From Deltaproteobacteria bacterium (lineage in GTDB: Bacteria > Desulfobacterota > Desulfobulbia > Desulfobulbales > SURF-16), in contig JAJRUT010000117.1 of the NCBI GenBank assembly GCA_024277655.1, forward strand, positions 1 through 62,327: a DNA stretch of 62,327 nucleotides, given 5' to 3'. The notes beneath the pieces are model-generated. The model saw nothing but the letters and a program-made list of their open reading frames with translations, made no database searches and was not told the DNA's origin. The translations under genes and the position numbers were made by a program. Shown here piece after piece: positions 60,475 through 62,327 of this stretch. How positions within the stretch are numbered: the stretch's first letter is position 1; the number at the start of each line of letters is the position of its first letter.

Positions 60475-60518
60475 AAGTTTCAGGCTGGCACCATTTGCAT
60501 GGTGCCAGCCTGAAACTT
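60475..60518. other. perfect 20-bp palindromic hairpin between ileS and lspA
   Basis: AAGTTTCAGGCTGGCACCAT-TTGC-ATGGTGCCAGCCTGAAACTT. Confidence 0.6.
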
Positions 60519-60525
60519 GCAACAA

Positions 60526-62327
60526 CTACTCTACAACCCCCAGTTCCGTAACCACCGCAAAACAGCGGCTACAAATCTCGGGATGACCTTCATGGGTGCC
60601 AACAGTGGCACTGCGGGTCCAGCACCGCTCGCATTTTTCGGTGCTGGCGGCTTTAACTAAAACAGCCATCCCCTCAATGGTTTCAGAGGCAACAGCACCT
60701 TCAGCAGGAATCTTGACATGATTCAGTTTCGATACATTGGCAATACGCTCCAGGGTTGGCCATTTATCGGCCAACGCCATTTGCAGATCATCATCCACCG
60801 AGATCCACACCTCAGCTTCAAGGGGATGGCCAATAACCTTCTCACGCCGGGCAAGCTCAAGCACCTTGGTGATCTCGCCCCGCACCTGTTGCAGCTGCTG
60901 CCATCTCCCATGCAACTCATCCTGCATATAATCATCATTTAAGGCCGGAAACAGGTCAACAAAGAGATTCTCTTCACGCCGGGCATCTGCGGGCAAATAA
61001 TCCCAAGCCTCAACTGCGGTGAAACTATTCACCGGCATCATAAGCTGCAACATACCCACAACAATTTCATACAGCACGGTTTGGGCCGAACGACGCAAAC
61101 GCGAATCCGGCAACTCGGAATATAACCTGTCCTTGATGATATCAAGATAAAAATTACTCAGCGTCACCGTACAGAAATTCTGCATCCCGTGATACACGTG
61201 ATGGAACTCAAAACTCTCATATCCACCAAGCACCTTACGTTTCATACGTTCATACTGGGCCAGAGCCCAACGATCAAGCTCTTCCATATCAGCAAAGGCA
61301 ACCGAATCTGTAGCCGGATCAAAATCGCCCAGATTACTAAGCAGATAACGGGTGGTGTTACGAATTTTCCGGTAAGAATCGGCAAGCTGATGCAGGATTT
61401 CATCAGAAATTTTAATATCATCACGATAATCTTCAGAAGAAACCCAGAGACGGAGGATTTCCGCGCCATACTGCTTGATGATCTTCTCCGGTGGAATAAC
61501 ATTACCGATGGATTTTGACATTTTCTTGCCATGTTTATCCACCACAAAACCGTGGGTAAGTACGCCTTTAAACGGCGCCACGCCCCGTGTGCCCACGGAG
61601 GCCAGGAGGGCTGACTGAAACCAGCCACGATGCTGATCGCTCCCCTCAAGATACAGATCGGCAGGGGTTGCAAGACCACGCTCTTCAAGGACTGCCGCAT
61701 AACTTACGCCGGAATCAAACCAGACATCAAGGATATCCTCCTCCTTGGTGAAGGTGCTACAACCACACCAACAGGCAAAACCCTCAGGCATAAACTCCTG
61801 CACATCATGACTAAACCAGGCATCTGCCCCCTCTTTCAAGAAAAGCTCGTCAATCCGCCTGTTGATAGAGTCATTGTTCATGATATCACCACAGTCATCA
61901 CAGATGATGGCCGTGATCGGCACGCCCCAGGTGCGCTGACGACTAAGGCACCAGTCAGGCCGCCCCTCAACCATACCGCGGATCCGCTCCTCACCCCAAG
62001 AGGGTAACCACTTCACCTCCTTGATGGCGTCCATGGCCTTCCTGCGCAGGTCATTGTTATCCATACTAATAAACCACTGCTTGGTGGCTCGGTGGATCAC
62101 CGGTTTTTTGCAACGCCAGCAATGGGGATAGCTATGGTTCAGCTCCGTTTTTGACAGAAGATGCCCACTTGCAAGTAGATCCTCACAGATCACGGGATTT
62201 GCATCGCCAATGGTCAGACCATTGTACTTCCCGGCCTCTTCGGTGAACACACCGTTATCATCAACGGGGCTAAGCACCTCAAGGTCATAACGAACCCCGG
62301 TCATATAATCATCACGCCCATGCCCCG
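60526..62327 (-). CDS. ileS: isoleucine--tRNA ligase, C-terminal about 600 aa (5-prime end outside window)
   Basis: The frame stays open to the window edge (upstream codons read GHGRDDY). KMSKS motif and a C-terminal zinc-finger CERCW...CSRC. Confidence 0.95.
   Translation of the reverse strand, partial: GHGRDDYMTGVRYDLEVLSPVDDNGVFTEEAGKYNGLTIGDANPVICEDLLASGHLLSKTELNHSYPHCWRCKKPVIHRATKQWFISMDNNDLRRKAMDAIKEVKWLPSWGEERIRGMVEGRPDWCLSRQRTWGVPITAIICDDCGDIMNNDSINRRIDELFLKEGADAWFSHDVQEFMPEGFACWCGCSTFTKEEDILDVWFDSGVSYAAVLEERGLATPADLYLEGSDQHRGWFQSALLASVGTRGVAPFKGVLTHGFVVDKHGKKMSKSIGNVIPPEKIIKQYGAEILRLWVSSEDYRDDIKISDEILHQLADSYRKIRNTTRYLLSNLGDFDPATDSVAFADMEELDRWALAQYERMKRKVLGGYESFEFHHVYHGMQNFCTVTLSNFYLDIIKDRLYSELPDSRLRRSAQTVLYEIVVGMLQLMMPVNSFTAVEAWDYLPADARREENLFVDLFPALNDDYMQDELHGRWQQLQQVRGEITKVLELARREKVIGHPLEAEVWISVDDDLQMALADKWPTLERIANVSKLNHVKIPAEGAVASETIEGMAVLVKAASTEKCERCWTRSATVGTHEGHPEICSRCFAVVTELGVVE

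Noticed and set aside
60483-60500. TGGCACCATTTGCAT resembling a sigma-54 -24/-12 element
   Set aside because: The GG and GC dinucleotides are separated by 8 nt rather than the required 10. The sequence is simply the apex of the perfect ileS-lspA palindrome.
1-62327. Searched by eye for CRISPR arrays, tRNA/rRNA genes, integrases, transposases and toxin-antitoxin pairs
   Set aside because: No regularly spaced direct repeats, no tRNA-like T-arm or acceptor patterns, and no ORFs with integrase or transposase signatures were seen. Apart from the MITE-like and REP-like repeats, the window looks like core chromosome.

Overview
This 62.3-kb chromosomal window is mostly housekeeping and looks like a sulfate-reducer-type deltaproteobacterium (Desulfobacterota, Desulfobulbales-like). 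That taxon guess is an inference from gene content and order only. The plus-strand block holds a radical SAM gene, carA, carB, ftsH, folP, a class-I adenylate cyclase homolog, a small UGA-containing thioredoxin-fold gene, and a long structured intergenic region. It continues with PFOR, DUF1456, DUF3786, a membrane protein with a VWA lipoprotein, a hybrid histidine kinase with an REC-GGDEF regulator, and a reverse rubrerythrin. Next come a FapA-like gene with a sigma-28-type promoter, an RCK K+ channel, adk, an alkaline phosphatase, a lipoprotein and a GGDEF-EAL protein. The compact minus-strand operon lrp / thiS-like / metY / moeB-thiF / JAMM / tusA looks like a protein-thiocarboxylate homocysteine pathway. 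The rest is trpS, dnaK-grpE, rng with a fused radical SAM gene, and a long ffh-rpsP-rimM-trmD-rplS-rnhB-pdxA operon, followed by fabD, lspA and partial ileS. The most notable observations are the probable selenocysteine (UxxC) redox protein, the sulfur-carrier operon with a tailed carrier, and a 246-bp MITE-like foldback element with flanking direct repeats. Others are a REP-like hairpin family and a carbonic-anhydrase-like protein lacking zinc ligands. carB and metY each carry a 1-nt homopolymer frameshift. I recognised no rRNA, tRNA or CRISPR array.
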